Assembly (NCBI RefSeq): GCF_046119375.1
Contig: NW_027362773.1
Location: 115,382,001 to 115,446,000, forward strand
DNA from: Phyllobates terribilis
Lineage: Eukaryota
Reading direction: 5' to 3'
DNA: 64,000 bases
The first letter of the stretch is position 1; each line of letters begins with the position of its first letter. The notes below the pieces were generated by a model. That model had not been told where the DNA came from and searched no databases. It saw only the letters and a list, made by a program, of their open reading frames with translations. Shown here piece by piece: positions 61,701 through 64,000 of this stretch. The position numbers were made by a program, and so were the translations under genes.

Positions 61701-63479
61701 ATTTTACCTGGACAGCTGACATTTTTATTGATGCCGTTTTGGGGTAAATACAGCAACCGAAAAACTGCATTTTTTTTACAGCTTTTACCATACAGGTTCA
61801 CTCATTTTATATTTTCATAGATCGGACTGTTACGGACGCGTCAACCACCAAATATGTTTATTCACTAAAATTTTTGAATTGGGGAAAACCTTTACATTTT
61901 CTTTTTAACATTTTTTCCTTCATTTTACATTAATTTTTTTATCCCTTTTGGAGGACTTGAATTGCAATCGTTTGATCACTTGCGCCTGATACTGCAGTAA
62001 CTCAGTATAACAATATATAGAAGAAATGACCCATATAGCCAAGCCTATTAAGTAAAAAGATGGCAGCGATGAGGGCATTTCCCGGCTGCCACGCAGTCCA
62101 ACTGCACACCTCAGGCGCCGGAACAGTCGCATGATGCGATCACTCCAATTAAATTCTGCTGTCAGAGAATGACAGCGGCACTTACGTAATTAACAGCAGT
62201 GATCAGAACTAGCTCCAATCACTGCTGTTAGAAGCAGATGTTGGCTGTGTAACACAGCTGTCAACCTCTATGCATGTAAAGGGCTCTGCTTCTACAGCTT
62301 CACGCACTCGCCAGTGGCTCCTAAGGCTCCATGCACCCGCCTGGCGGAATAACCCCTTTTAGTCTGTAAAGAAGATCTAATTGATTTCCAATACACTGCA
62401 TTATTGCATTACCTCCACATTGTTCCAGCGCAGTGCTCGGTTGAAGTCCTCTACTGTAAGTCTTCGCCTCCGAGAGTGTCTGAGGCACTGNNNNNNNNNN
62501 NNNNNNNNNNNNNNNNNNNNNNNNNNNNNNNNNNNNNNNNNNNNNNNNNNNNNNNNNNNNNNNNNNNNNNNNNNNNNNNNNNNNNNNNNNNNNNNNNNNN
62601 NNNNNNNNNNNNNNNNNNNNNNNNNNNNNNNNNNNNNNNNNNNNNNNNNNNNNGAGGCAGAGTATACAGATAAGAGCTTGTGAAGACAAGTGTATAACTC
62701 GGACGTGTGCAATCCGTCCTTCTGACCTAATAGGCAATATAAAGATGGCAGACACAGAGACCCCAATTAGGGTATATGCACACTTTTGTCAGTTTTTTTC
62801 TGCACAGTTTTGTCTCAAAACCTGAAGGGTTTCCTGATTCCAGCAAAGTGAATGAGATTCTTGAAGTCTCATGCACATGGTGCTCATTTTTTCCTTGCAG
62901 ATTTTACCTCTACTAATTACCAGGGGAAAATATGCACCAAAAACGCATGTAAAAAACATAGCAACAATGCGCCTATTTTATTCAGAATTGCCAACACAGC
63001 ACTGCAAATCCTGAATGTGTGCACATACCCTTAAGCTCATGGCAGCAGTCCCAATCCATTGGCAACCAGCAATTGCGTCACGGTGGTGCCGATGGGGTAA
63101 CAAAGGAAGCCCCATCCCAATTTTAAACTCCTTAAATTCTGCAGTCACTATTAACGGTGGCATCTCAGCAGTGGNNNNNNNNNNNNNNNNNNNNNNNNNN
63201 NNNNNNNNNNNNNNNNNNNNNNNNNNNNNNNNNNNNNNNNNNNNNNNNNNNNNNNNNNNNNNNNNNNNNNNNNNNNNNNNNNNNNNNNNNNNNNNNNNNN
63301 NNNNNNNNNAATAAAGCAGACATGATAAATACCTGTGTGATTTCTCTGAGCCGGTAACACACGTCCTCGGCCAGCAGAGCGGCGACCTCATCAGTGATCT
63401 CAAACCCCACACTTTCTGCACTCAGACGGACTGAATCCTGACACAGCTCCACATAGCGCCGATCCTCGGTGTGAGACAT
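55705..63479 (-). CDS. TAF6L: TAF6-like, SAGA/PCAF complex subunit, 10 coding exons, ~577 aa
   Basis: Exons 63479-63333, [gap]62490-62413, 61305-61155, 61076-61026, 60944-60850, 60762-60688, 59448-59231, 57352-57220, 57117-56989, 56352-55705. Motifs DEVAALLAEDVCYRLRE, LTVEDFNRALRW, LALATNIPKG, LAASINPLNDHWTLRD, QKLPMIGR, SLYLPL. Confidence 0.96.
57471..57985 (-). mobile_element. Truncated Tc1 element (3' end) in TAF6L intron 7
   Basis: TA-cagtcatggccaaaag terminus. SPDLNPIGHLWRDL motif on the minus strand. Confidence 0.8.
58132..58304. other. N gap (173 nt)
   Basis: Run of N. Confidence 1.
62491..62653. other. N gap (163 nt) covering the TAF6L exon 2 acceptor
   Basis: Run of N abutting coding sequence. 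Confidence 1.
63175..63309. other. N gap (135 nt)
   Basis: Run of N. Confidence 1.
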
Positions 63480-63720
63480 CCTGACACTGCATGCTGCAAA
63501 AGAGGATGGCGGGTTTTTTTTTGCTTTACATTTTAACCCTTTGAAAAGGTTATCTGATTTAAAGCATCCCATCTCTCTGCTGCTCCTGTACGTTCTCAGT
63601 TTTACAGGGCTGCAGTGATGGGGTCTTAATTGTAACAATCATTGTCCGCTCAGCAGTGTTGTGTTAATGATGAACCCAGTGATTGCCTGCAGTGGTCACG
63701 ACTTGAAGACAAGACTCTTA

Positions 63721-63891
63721 GGCTATGTTCACATGTTCAGTATTTGTAAGCCAAAACCTGGAGAGGAACGATCAGAGGAAAAGTATAATAGAAACACGTC
63801 ACCAATTCTGCATTTATCACCCACTCCTGGTTTTGGCTTACAGATACTGAGGTAAAAACTCAAATCAAATACTCAATGTGTGCACATGGCT
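63721..63891. mobile_element. Harbinger-type MITE (family copy 4)
   Basis: TTA TSD. Same internal body as the other copies, with diverged TIRs. Confidence 0.8.
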
Positions 63892-63897
63892 TTAGAC

Positions 63898-64000
63898 CAG
63901 GGGTCTCAAACACGCGGCCCGCGGGCCGCATGCGGCCCCTGAGGCTGCTTTATGCGGCCCGCAGGCACAGACCCCTTGATGATCCCGACCAGGTCCAGTA
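63898..64000. mobile_element. Start of a hAT-type non-autonomous element
   Basis: CAGGGGTCTCAAAC terminus followed by cggcccgcgggccgcatgcggccc. Runs off the window. Confidence 0.7.

Overview
Vertebrate genomic DNA, most likely an anuran amphibian (inferred from the TTAA-target T2/Kolobok-type and TWA-target Harbinger-type MITEs, Tc1-family elements and CR1). Three spliced genes could be rebuilt exon by exon: WDR74 (minus, 11 coding exons, 379 aa, one GC-AG intron), TMEM223 (plus, 2 exons, 205 aa) and TAF6L (minus, 10 coding exons, about 577 aa, with the exon 2 acceptor lost in an N gap). A CpG-rich promoter and an orphan minus-strand first exon lie at about 3.2-3.45 kb. The dominant feature is a ~24.7 kb, ~666-copy, 37-bp GC-rich satellite (3991-28652). 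It has nested higher-order repeats, an almost indel-free register, and inverted monomer copies on both flanks that resemble a dispersed MITE-like hairpin motif. The remainder is a nested transposon landscape. It includes a solo LTR inside a Tc1 TIR, a Tc1 inside CR1, and a DD38E element whose start codon sits in a 28-bp micro-inversion. It also has Harbinger and T2 MITEs, two minisatellites and a hammerhead-ribozyme-like motif. Most ORFs in the supplied track are repeat artefacts.
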